64,000 nt of DNA, taken from Entomortierella parvispora E1425. Taxonomy: Eukaryota; Fungi; Mortierellomycota. The stretch is taken from positions 1,054,001-1,118,000 of the forward strand of contig BQFW01000013.1 in assembly GCA_020891255.1 (NCBI GenBank). The letters are read 5' to 3'. The position numbers and the translations under genes were made by a program. Positions within the stretch are counted from its first letter, which is position 1. Each line of letters begins with the position of its first letter. The notes beneath the pieces are model-generated. The model worked only from the letters and a program-made list of their open reading frames with translations, did no database searches and had not been told where the DNA came from. This document shows positions 25,450 through 36,703 of the stretch, piece after piece.

Positions 25450-27132
25450 TCAATACCTGTGCCAATAACAACTTGTCAGCCCAGGCCAAATCTCGAGTAG
25501 TCGCTCTCCCACATGATGTCTTCTGATCTTCGTGGCATTGTCGAACTGTCCTCTAAAATCGGGCGGCCTCAGTTCTGCCCCAAGCACCGGACGTGGATTC
25601 AATCCATCGATCCCCCGAGCATCCTGAAATGGACACAGAAACAATTGTTGGAGCCATCTCATCTGCGTCAATTGCTGGAAAATCTGGACATCGGTTTGTA
25701 TCCCTTCCTCATCTCTCTCCCTGTGGTGCTTCCTAAGCGTGATCTGCAGCACCTTCAGTCGATAGCAAACCCATGGCCGTGGAGACAGATCGCCTGGAAG
25801 GCCAGCGATAGTGGCAGGGCCAAGGACAAAGTCGTCTTTTGGAGGGTCGCTTTTCAAAATGGTACTCTTTGCAAACATTTGGGCCATCAGCGTTTCTGGT
25901 AATCGTTTTTCAGCAAGCTCTAAAGCCACAGCTAGAGCATTCCGTTTCCTTGCCTGACCTGCACGAGACCCACGTACGAGGTCCGAAGTGAGCAAAGTGG
26001 GTCCCCTCAGCTCTCTCAGTTCTGGGCAAGATGTCAGAAACCCTTGAACCATCCAACTCGGGATCTTTGTCAGATTGATCGCCTCCAATGTTCCCAGATG
26101 CCTTTGAATCGCCTGCCAAGCTAGGAGTCCGAAATCTCCGCCTGGGGCAGAGAAATTTTTTAGACCATCCGGGAGAAGAGTCAAGATTTCAGCCAAATTA
26201 TCACCATCAAGGGATGATGCTCTAGCCATATAATCCTCTGTCACCTGGAGGGAACTCAAACGAGGCCAAGGTCTTTGACGGAGCAGGCGAACAAGCGTTG
26301 GAATGAACTCCTCGGAGGTACCACGGAGCACATATGGATCATAGGGATATTGTCGATGCAAAAGATTCCAGGACAGTTTTTCCAGTTTTGGGGCTCGAAC
26401 AAAGATCTGAAGTTGGCCCATCCAGACACTCTCACTGTCGTAATAACCGGAAAAGACCAACTCCCGTAACACAGGAAACCCTGACCAATCCTCCCTATCA
26501 GGGGCGCTGCTAATGCCCCCGTTGTCGCCAGTACTGTTGTTGCGATCGATCTTCTGGAGCTCAGGCAGGACAAACGAGGACGATGACATCCATGATAATA
26601 CTGCCGAGAGGTCGCAGCCGCTAAGCGTCAGTTTGGTCAGCCTTGAAGCCAAGTTAAGGAACCCTGTCAGGGCCGCTCCCTCAAAGTTGGTGGAGTGTAG
26701 CTGAATCTCTGTCAACCGAGGGCAGTCCTCAGCAATGGACTTCCACAGATTTGGATCCCGTGCTCCGCCTCGGATCGATGGAGATAGCCGGACTAGGAGA
26801 GGGTTCCTTTGAAGGAGTTGTACAAAATACTCCAGCGCTTCGGGGGAAGGATCGGATTCGAACCGAAGACGGACAAGTCGTCGACAGTCCCTCAGAAAAC
26901 CATCCTTCGCCAGCGATATACCAAGGATGCCCTGAGTTATGGAAATGTCTCGAATATGACAAAGATGCAACCGGAAGGCATTCCACTGACGGAAAAGAGG
27001 TTCTGATTCTGCCTGGGCATAAATGAAAGGGAGGAAGGACTTGTGCCATAGCTTGGAGACGCAGGCGCAAGAGCAAAGGTCGTGGTTGCCGAGAAAAGAC
27101 CCGACAAGAAGTCTGATCTCAAAAAGTTCCAT
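25450..27132 (-). CDS. F-box/LRR (RNI-like) protein copy C, intact, intronless, 560 aa
   Basis: N-terminal F-box-like MELFEIRLLVGSFLGNHDLCSCACVSKLWHKSFLPFIY, followed by LxxLxL repeats (CPRLTEIQL, LTKLTL, LRELVF, CPELRELR, LKVLQI). Confidence 0.85.
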   Translation of the reverse strand: MELFEIRLLVGSFLGNHDLCSCACVSKLWHKSFLPFIYAQAESEPLFRQWNAFRLHLCHIRDISITQGILGISLAKDGFLRDCRRLVRLRFESDPSPEALEYFVQLLQRNPLLVRLSPSIRGGARDPNLWKSIAEDCPRLTEIQLHSTNFEGAALTGFLNLASRLTKLTLSGCDLSAVLSWMSSSSFVLPELQKIDRNNSTGDNGGISSAPDREDWSGFPVLRELVFSGYYDSESVWMGQLQIFVRAPKLEKLSWNLLHRQYPYDPYVLRGTSEEFIPTLVRLLRQRPWPRLSSLQVTEDYMARASSLDGDNLAEILTLLPDGLKNFSAPGGDFGLLAWQAIQRHLGTLEAINLTKIPSWMVQGFLTSCPELRELRGPTLLTSDLVRGSRAGQARKRNALAVALELAEKRLPETLMAQMFAKSTILKSDPPKDDFVLGPATIAGLPGDLSPRPWVCYRLKVLQITLRKHHRERDEEGIQTDVQIFQQLTQMRWLQQLFLCPFQDARGIDGLNPRPVLGAELRPPDFRGQFDNATKIRRHHVGERLLEIWPGLTSCYWHRY

Positions 27133-27209
27133 TTGGGTCTAACAAAAATATAAAAAAAAGCCCTGGGAAGGTGATGAAAGGATGTGAAAGAAGGATGAGG
27201 ATGACAATA

Positions 27210-27466
27210 GCCCCACTCAAAGTTCAAAAATTTTTGGACTTGGTTCAAAGCGAGTCAAAGCGAGCCACGGGTCAACTTTTCCCAATTGGTGTACAAAGCG
27301 AGTTTGTTCAAATATCATTTGCCGGCTCGAAAGCGAGTCAACAATTCCTTTTTGGTGTGCGAAGCGAGTTCGTTCAAATATCGCTTTGGTCTTGGATGGT
27401 CCCCGCCCTGACTCGCTTTGACTCGCTTTGAACCAAGTCCAAGATTTTGTGAACTTTGAGTGGGGC
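27210..27466. mobile_element. 257-bp MITE with about 57-bp terminal inverted repeats and TA target-site duplication
   Basis: The left end GCCCCACTCAAAGTTCAAAAATTTTTGGACTTGGTTCAAAGCGAGTCAAAGCGAG is the reverse complement of the right end with about 3 mismatches. TA at 27208-27209 and 27467-27468. No coding capacity. Confidence 0.9.
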
Positions 27467-27781
27467 TAATAATGGATGATTCTTCGAGCCATAACATCAG
27501 GCAGAGGCAGAGGAAGGCGGGTCGTGGTCTGCAAAGTCCCTCAAACTCATTCCTCTGGACATGAGAACAGAAAATGGCACATCTACAACGTGAAACTGAT
27601 ATCCTTGCCATTTCTCTTCATTATCTCTATTACTCTTCACTATCCTTCTGTCAACATTGTTGCTGTTCACATCTGACCTCAAAATGTTGGTGAACAGATT
27701 GAGCGCCTGCCTAGACCTTTTTTTTTTCTTTTCACGTTCATTTATTTCAGTCCACTCTTGCTTCCCGGAAACCACCTTGGT

Positions 27782-30327
27782 TTAAAGCTCCACCTTGTAG
27801 GTATAGTTGTCTGACAATGGCGGCATGCTATAGCGATAATCTCTTCGATCCTTTGATTCCATGGGTCCAGCATGTTCTTGCTCGTTCTTGGACATCAGAT
27901 CACTAGAAGACGGAGATCCTTCCTGCTCGTACGGTGTAAGGTAGAAAGCTTGGTACATTTGCTGCTGTTGTTTCTGCTCCTGAAGAAACTTCAATCTTTG
28001 CTGCTGGAGTAGATACCGATTGGACGTTGAGTTATGGGAGAGAGGCGGCTGTTGTGATGAGGGCGTCGGGCTCGTTCCATCGCGCGGAGGAGGTGTCATA
28101 GATTGTCGGTTCCTTTGCTTGGCCGCCTGCGGTACATAGGTCGTGGATGGCTTGTAGGCCTGATAGGACCCACTAGCACTACTGCTATGACCAGCCCCAT
28201 GGCCTGTCATCATGACCGCTCCTGGTGCGGCAGACAACGTCGAGGGCGTGAAATTGGTGGTCGCAACTGGAGCCTGGGGTGAGTTGGCGACTTGCAGATA
28301 TTGAAGCTCGGGCGAATTAGGGTATGGTGTCGCTGCTACTTGCAAATACTGGAGTTCAGGCGAAAGCGGGAATGGCGTCGATGGATCCAACTGTAGGAGC
28401 TGCATCAATTGTTCCTGCTGTTTCTTCTTGAGGTTGGTCATTATCTTTTGATGTCGGACCCCCTCAAGTGGAGGCACCTCTGGCATAGGAACAAAAGGTA
28501 CAGTTTGATCGTCTTGCCCTGAATGTCCATCCTGACCCATACTCTCAAGTGCCACCTCCTCATCTGCTCCGGTTCCCATACTCTCAAGTGGAGTTTCCTG
28601 CTCGGCACCCATGCTCTCCAAAGGTTGGGCTTTGGGCCTAGTGAGGGTGGCGCTTCCTAGCGGTTTAGATTTTTTGGCAGTGCCCTCCACACTTTCGATC
28701 ACGGCGGTTTCATCCTTGCTCCTATTCTCCAGTTCTTCCTGATCTTTGTTCTGAGACTTTGTATCGTCATTTACTGGCTCTGGCAGACACATCTGAGGAC
28801 CGCGTGGGACTTTGGGCACAGGTGGCACTTCAGTGGGCTCAGCAGCGGAAAGTGGCAGCTTGATGCTCAGCTTCTTGGTCAGTTGCTCTGGCACCACATC
28901 GCCATCCATAACAAATCGTAGTTCCTCATCCGTCAGGTTCAGATCTCGTAGCTCTGGAAACTTTTCTTCGACAGGTTTAGAGGATGCCAGGCTCAGTTCC
29001 ATTGCTTTCTTGAGCTCAAGTTCCTCCTGGCGGCGCAGGGCTTCCTCCTTTGAGAGGGGTTCCTCTTCGCTGCCGCGTCCACTTTTGGAACTGCCGTGAC
29101 TGTTTGACCGAGGCGGCAAGGGAGGTGCATCCGGCAACTCCTTCTCGGAAATGCCAGTGGAGACGGCAACTGTCTTTTCCGAGGTATCTGGAGAGGCTTC
29201 AGAAACAGAGACTGTAGGTGGTGGATGCACGACAACAGTTTGAGGGACGGATACGATATACTGACTCCAGTTTTCCAATGCAATGCGCGCCTCCTGCAGG
29301 ATATCCTCTGTAGCTTCGCCTGATAAAAATGGTGAATCCGTAGTGAGGATCGAGAGGTGAGTTCACAAAAATAAAAATCAATTAAATAGAGCGGAAAACC
29401 ATCGGTGCAAAATAGTTACCATCGTCCGCGGAATCAGATCCTTCTGTAACATGAATATACTCCAAGAGTTGTTTGCCGTGTTCCCCAATGATCTGCATCT
29501 TCTTGCCCAGTTCAATGATGGCATCCAATTGTCCCAAGTAAGCATCCTTGATCAAATGGCGCTTCAACTGGTGCAGCTTTGTCTCTGTTGGCGCATCCTC
29601 TTTTTGAACTGCCTCCAGTTCCTTTTGGAGGAGGATCGCCTTTGCAGATCGTAGGCGACTCTTGGAGGCTTCATAGATCTTGGACTGCAAATCGTTTTGA
29701 CGCCGTCCCATCTCACAAAGCGTGTCGTCCTTTGTCCGGAGGAACTTGATCTTCTCCCGAAAGTGCTCGTACTGAGTCCCGAAACAGATCTCATAGTCGC
29801 TGATCTTGCGAATCAACAAATTCAGTTTTAGAAGCACGTCCTGTTGTGAAGATGGAAGGACCAAAGTGTCAGTAGGTAATACAGAAAGACGTTATAGACA
29901 GTCAGTCATCTATAATCCAACCGGGCTTTTACCGCGAGATCATCTGTCTATTTGGCGTGAAGCAAGCATGTTGTAGAACAGGTTAGTTCAAAGAAAAAAA
30001 CAAATGTGGCTATGCAGCCTGCTTGGCTAAGTTTTCTTCACAACGCAAACACTCGGGTCTGGAAGAAGCAGGGCGTAGAGGGTCTCAGAAGAGACGCGTC
30101 TCTTCACGGGCGTGTTTTTTTGGTCGTGATGACGAGAGATTGCATACCTGACATTTGCCCCAAGACATCATGTGCTTGCATTCCTCCACACGGACTTTGG
30201 AGACCGTGGCCAAACTCTCGACCAGTCGGCGTTGTTCTCCAATGGCATTGGTAAGTGGGGACATGAATGTACCTGCAGCCTGCCGCGCCCCGTCATGGAA
30301 ATGGGAGCGAATATTAAGCAAATCCAT
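27782..30327 (-). CDS. Eisosome Pil1/Lsp1-like BAR protein with a long C-terminal tail containing a UIM
   Basis: DVLLKLNLLIRKISDYE...YEHFREKIKFLR...LKRHLIKDAYLGQLDAIIELGKKMQIIGEHGKQLLEYI parallels the Pil1 BAR domain. EELELKKAMELSLAS fits the UIM consensus. Confidence 0.7.
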
Positions 30328-30707
30328 AGAACCACGCTTTGTGCTAATCAAGGGCACCAGATGAGAGAGTGAGGGCTAGGGAAACAAGGGGAGAAGACGT
30401 GAGAGGAGGGTGGGAGAGAAGGAGAGGATGTGCACAGGGAGACAGAAGGGGGGAAAGAAAGAAGAAAAAAAAAGAAAAAAAGAAACTAAAAGGCCCTGCT
30501 GGTTGGTCCAAGGCTCATGCTCATCTGCCACAGCCCCGCTTGCTCCTCTCTGTGCCTGCATCTGGATCATGCCCATTGGCCTTTTGGTGCAGAGCATTGC
30601 CTGCGTTGCACAACTGCTCCCACCCTGTCCAAGTCTGGTCTTGTCCCTTGGTTCTTCCAGCTCTATTCCTTTTTTTTTCTTTTTGACTTTGCTTACGCAG
30701 TTTATTG

Positions 30708-32311
30708 CTATTCCTTGGTCTTTTTTCCTTCCAATCGTTCCTCTTCCTCTTGGTCCATTCTCAGCATTTCCTCCGCAAGCCGTTTCCGCTCATTGTCTTT
30801 GCTTTTCATCCGTGCCAATGTAGCTGCCTCATAGTCATCTACCAATGGGACCTCACGCGACACGTTAAACGAGGGAGGCGCGCCGAAAGAAGGAATCTAC
30901 GGTTCAAGCAAAGAGCATTATACACGCGAGATCAGTATACCATTCACTGTTTTGTGGTAAAGGACAGCATAACGAATAGAAGTAATTGTGAGGCTGTTAC
31001 CGTTGAGGGAAATGATCCAAAAGCGCTGGCCCCTCCACCAAAAGCAGGTGTTGAAAAGGCCGGTGTGAACGCTGGGGTGTTGAATGCTGGTTTTGAAATA
31101 GACGGCCTAGTAGAATTGGGGCGCGATGTTGACGGCGTCGATGAAGATGATGGCGTCGCCAGAGGCAAAGGTTGCAAAGGTGGCGTACTCTGTCCCGTAC
31201 TGTCTTTGGCACGTAGACTGGCGACCGCGGCAGGCTCTTCCCCTCCTGCCCATGATATCCTGAATTTGTTCAAATCTCCCGACTCCCTTTCCTTTGCCTT
31301 CATGACCGCGTACTAATCGTTGATCGTAAGAGTAACGAGAGGGTACGCACACGTTAGAGATCCATAAATGAGATCCGGTCCACTGTCAAGTCAAGCAGGA
31401 AATACATACCGCCCCAGTGATCTCCTTAAAGGCGATGACAGCCGACCCTTCTTTAAGAGAGACGCAAGAGTCCACGGGTCCAAACTTTTCGAATTGACTG
31501 GTCAGTTGGTCTACTTTGAGTGGATACTTCTTTTTGTTCCATTTCACTGACAGTGTACAATCTAACGACTTGATTTCCTCTATTGACACGGACCATGCAC
31601 ATGAGAATCCATTAGTCTTTCGGAGAGATCCAGCAAGAAGGTAGAAAGAGCTGGATCAGACCACATACCTTCACGAGCTGCCTGTTTTGTCGCCTCCATG
31701 AGATCAGCAAATTCACCCGCTTGACGCAAGAGATCAGCCTCTCTTTGCTCCCGCATTTTGGCATTTTCTTTCTTTAACCGCTCCATCTACCGTCCAAAAG
31801 AGAGTATTAGCATTGGTTCCAACAATAGGTTGCCACAGGAGAGAACAGACCGTTCTTACCTCGTAGTGCATTCGCATGGCTGCAGTCTTCTCGTCTTGCT
31901 GTTGTTTCCTGAACGCATTCTCCCTCATCTCCAGATCCTCCTTCATCTTTTTCCGTGTAGAATCATATCTGTCTGTCCTCTCCTTAGCCTGAACCTTGAC
32001 ATTCAACAGGTTATCAAAAGCCTGACGAGCTGCTGGATCCAGCAGCAGATCGTAGGCCTGCGAGAGTTCGTGAAAGATCTTGGCTATTACAGAGGAAGAA
32101 CAGGATGAGTTTGTGTTGTCACATTACAGATTGGTGGCGCTGCACCTTCCATTGACGCAATGAGAAGGCACCCTGTACCTGCATTGGGATCTGGATTCTT
32201 GTCTGGGTGCACCTTGAGGGCTTTCTGGCGGTAGGCCTTTGTGATCTCCTTTGTGGTAGCGGTCCTCTCGACGCCGAGGATGGCGTACCAGTCCTGGTTC
32301 TCGTCAGCCAT
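30708..32311 (-). CDS. cwf23: DnaJ + RRM protein, Cwf23/DNAJC17-like
   Basis: J-domain (DWYAILGV...[12 protein letters not shown]), RRM-like segment ([11 protein letters not shown]...AVIAF) and the C-terminal [11 protein letters not shown]...RKRLAEEM motif. Confidence 0.75.
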
Positions 32312-32592
32312 GGTACTGTGTAGAGGAATGAAGATGCAAGGAAAAAACGAAGCGCTGTTTGGGCGCAGTGGCGGGAGAGAAGGGAGACAGAGGTATGGAG
32401 TGGCTTGATTTGCACACTGATTTGCACGCTCCGTCGCTTTCACAGTCCCCCTTTCTCACCTCTTTCTGTCCTCGAGGCGAATGCATGCATGCAACGCGAC
32501 TCCCCTCTTTTCTTCTGTCCTCTGCTCTCCCTTCTGCTCATCCATCCACCCCACCAGTGCCCCCATCTGCTCATCTGAAAGCACTCTCGACC

Positions 32593-35500
32593 ATGGCCGC
32601 AGGAGATGGACCGCTCCATCCTCTAGAAGCCCCATTCACCGCCCCGACCACCCATCAGCCCGCTGCTTCCTCGACCACCACCACGACCGCAGGACTTGCC
32701 TCGGGCACCACAACGCGTCGAAGGGCAAAGAGTTTCCTCCGCAACTATTATGGCATTCAACAAGCGGATGCCGCTTTGCAAGAAGGAGCCCGTGAAAAGT
32801 CAAGCTCGCACCCAGGAGGAGCCGCTTTGACCAAAGCTGATCCATATGACCTTGGTAAAAAGCATATATTGATCCAGACGGAGAACTGTAACAACATATT
32901 GAACAGTAACAAGCTAACAACACTCGCTCATGCTCTATTCCATGTTGCAGACAGCCATGCGTTCGAAGTGGACAAGTACATGCACAAGATGTTTGTAGAA
33001 AAGCAGCTGCCGGGATTGGTTCAGAGCGACAATGAATTAGTCGCCGACATCCGTCAACTGGATGGTGACATGAAGACTCTTGTCTATGAGAACTACAGCA
33101 AGTTCCTCAGTGCGACTGACACCATCAACAAGGTAAAGTGGACTGGTTGGCTGTAGCGAAAAGACAGAGTGAACATATCTCCAGATCTGCTGGATTGCTG
33201 ATTTTTTTTGCCTTCCTTTTTGTTTTTGGAAAATAGATGAAATCAAACGTGGACAATTTGGAGTCGGAAATGTCGCGGTTGACTGAGAACATTAGCAAGA
33301 TTGCAACTTCATCCTCAGCTATCCATAGCTCTCTTGGTGGAAAGAGAGAGAAAATACGTCAGCTGAACGGTGTGCATAGTCTTTTGACAAAGGTAAGTAT
33401 TGTTGTTTCTTTTTGATTTGATATTTCCGATTGACCAACTAACAACCGTCGCCTTGTTTGAAACGGGCTATAGTTGCAATTCGTCTTTGAGTTACCCACC
33501 AACTTGCACCAGTGTTTGGAAACGGAATCATATACCCAGGCAGTAAAGTCTTATTGCAGGACGCTTCATCTCCTCCAACATTACAAACATTTGACAGTGT
33601 TTACAGGCATCGAACGCGAGTGCAAGACCATCATGGTCCAAATTGCTCAAAAAATTAGACAAAAGATGCGTGCAGAGGAGGTAAGGAACAAGGAGCTGGA
33701 ACGGAAATGTTTATGACGGGACGTTCAAAGCAGGACGGGCAATGCTAACTAGTGGGCACTGCATCTATATCCGATAGGCCTCTTTGACAGAGATCTCGGA
33801 GAACGTTGGACTGCTGTTGGCTTTGAAAGAGGATCCAGTTGCTCTTTGGAAGCAGTACTTGGAGCTGTAAGTTGGACAAGCATCTGAACACGATGTAGTA
33901 CAACAACATTTTTACTAGAATATCCTTTCTTTTAGATCCCTGAACGCACTTCGAAAAGTCAGGACTAAAACACTACAGAGCATCGAATCCTTGCCTCTTT
34001 ATATTCCTCCACCAGCAGCTGGATCTCCAGGATCTAATGCCCAGACACCTGTAGCGACACCCAAAAAGTCGAGCAAAAAAGCTAGGACGCCCAGTGGAGG
34101 AACCAAAGACAAAGACAAAGATGGAAAAGGTTCGAAATCGGCTTCAGCTCCAGCGCCTGTGCCTGCCGACAAAGTCTCGGTGCTGAATGCACAGTTCTTG
34201 AAACAAGTGGAAATCTTTGTGTCTTCCTTTCGGAGCTATTTTTTGGTGACGACGCCAACTGCCTCTCAGAGTGGTGTGTCCGGCGAAGCGGCACCATCTG
34301 AGGAAAAGGAGTTGGTGGAATCTTCCCCAGACCCAGCTTCATCAGCACCCTCGTCAACATCACCGCCAGCATGGATTGCCAAGGATGTAGCGCGAGTCCA
34401 CGCTAGCTTGACAAGGGAACAGCAGGCTTTGGCGACAAAGGCCATCAAGGAGGCCATATCCAAGATCGTGAGCGGATACTTGGACACCATTAGATCATTT
34501 TTGGACTATCCTGTAAGTTGTTTTTTGTTTGTTTGTTTGTCCGTGCTCGTTGACACAGGAATGTATGAAATTAAATATTTATTTACGACTTTTTTCCTTC
34601 AGGATGATATCTTTAGCATTCAGCCCGAGGTACATGTACACGTCCTCCAGACTCTTTATTTGGGAACTATCTCGAGCACAAGCCTCTGTCAGCTATCCGG
34701 ATTTGACTCTCTGGCCACAGGTCTAATCCAGAATTGGGAGAGTCGACTTGTGGAACGGTCCTTGGCCAAGGTCAAGGATGGATTGCTCAAACGTATACTT
34801 GAACCCGGAAACGGAGATGGAGGATGGACAGTCTCTATCAGAGAAACAGCCCAGTGGCTATTGGACGTATTCAAGATGGACACTGTCCCGTTCTTGGAAA
34901 GGTGCATGAGCTCCGAGGCTCAGTTCATGGAAACCAAGGAAGGCAGGGCTTTGTTCTTGAAGAATTTCCAGGATGGGTTCAAGCTATTCTGGGATCAGGT
35001 CTTGCAAGAGATGCAACAGCTGGCCTCTGCCTCTTCTTCGGCTACATCGTCTCTGACTGCTTCTGACAAATCGACTGTGGAGACGTTAGCTCCAGGACCC
35101 GCCGCCGCTGCCAACAACAACAGTACTAGGACAAGTTTAGTCATGTCGCAACTCTGTTTTGAGCTCTCGAATGCGACCGTGGAGCAGTTGTACAGGGCAG
35201 TGTCCAAGACTTTGTTCCGACCCGGCAAACGGAACCGATCCGGTTCATTCTTGATCGAATCTTATGAAGAACCTCCAATGGTGGCGCAACTGCAGTGGGA
35301 CTACAAGAACGTGGTACAATCCTGTCAGGAGACCGGTCATCTTTTGTTGGATGGATTCATCTCCAGGACTGGAAATGAACTCTCGTGGTTGGTCATGGAC
35401 ATTCAACCCTCTTCAACCTCTTTATCACCTACGTCCACCGAAAGGGTGTCAGTTGACTTCTTGACCCTGCCCTCTCCTCCCTCTGGGGTATCATGGGCTT

Positions 35501-36227
35501 GGGAGGAAGTTTACAGGCAGCTGAATGAGATTGAACGGCAGGTCATTGCCGTCTATGGAGATGAAGGCGACAGGGCAGGACAGCATCGGGATATCAGCTC
35601 TGAATCTGCACGCCGTGAATCCATCTTCAAACCAACTGCCAATACAACTGGCGGAAGTGGAAGCCATCATGACGGCAGCAACACCAACACCAACAATGGC
35701 AAACGGAACGACTCTTTGACGTCATTTGGAAGCAACACAATGAACTCTCGGTTCTTTGAGAGCAGCCATCAACAACGAAACTTGTTGTTGAGCAACATTG
35801 ACAAGCTCTTCTCGGATCGAGTCGAGATCTTTGTTCGATGCCAGGATCTGACCAGGACTGGGATTCTCTTTGGCATTATCAAGATCTTGCTCAAGGCCTG
35901 GGCGGAATCTGTCCGGACCCGGACTTTTGGCAAGGGAGGTTTCCAACAAGTCCAGGTCGATGCAGAGTTTGCAAAGGTGTGGCTTTGGAGGTTTGCGACT
36001 GCGGATGAGAGGTTGATGCACTCTCTCTTGGAGGAGACTCAGCAGACAGCGTATCGACGCTGTATCGATCCCGTACCTTTGGACTCCAACGTAAGTCACT
36101 CGCAACTTGGACTTTTTTTCTGTGCCTTCTAAACGAACTTTGTCGACTCACAGTTATCATATCTTTTGCTTTTTCCTTTTTCTCCCATTAGACGGTCGAG
36201 TCCATCATCCATTCTTCAGAAAGATAA
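32593..36227 (+). CDS. VPS51: GARP/EARP subunit Vps51/Ang2
   Basis: LRNYYG and [30 protein letters not shown] motifs; C-terminal RTFGKGGFQQVQVD. The last exon is TVESIIHSSER*. Confidence 0.9.
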
Positions 36228-36703
36228 CAATCGAAGGCTCTGTTTGATTGTGAAAGGTACAAATGTATTGAAAAATAAAATAAACTAAACTTGGAACGAC
36301 TTTTTTTTTTGGTTTTTTGATGTGCTTTTCTTCAATGAAAGGTTGGGGGGAAAAAAGATTGTTGCTACAAACGAAAAAAAAAGACATTTCCGCTTCGAAC
36401 ACGACCACAAAAGACGGTTTTCAGAGGAGTTGAAGTTGAAGGATGGTAGTGTTGAGAAGAAGCGGAGGGGAGAAGCGTCCAAAAACACAAAGAAAAAAAG
36501 CAGGACAATTACTATTATCAAATTCTTGCAAATGACGATTTGACCCTTGATGCTTTGTGTTGCTTCCCTCGCGACTGACACCTTCCTCCGTCTCCTTGTT
36601 CCTGACATTTAAAAACCCCTTCCCTCTCGTGTTCTCTTTGGTTTTTTTACACGCGTGCTTCCGCCCTACTTGGAAAGGAAACAGCCAAATTTCGCCCTCC
36701 TCT

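Noticed and set aside
11203-27132. Secondary-metabolite biosynthetic cluster
   Set aside because: There is no backbone enzyme (NRPS, PKS, terpene synthase), transporter or pathway regulator in the window.
27240-27430. CRISPR-like repeats (AAAGCGAG units)
   Set aside because: The context is eukaryotic, the spacing is irregular, and the repeats are explained as MITE subterminal motifs.
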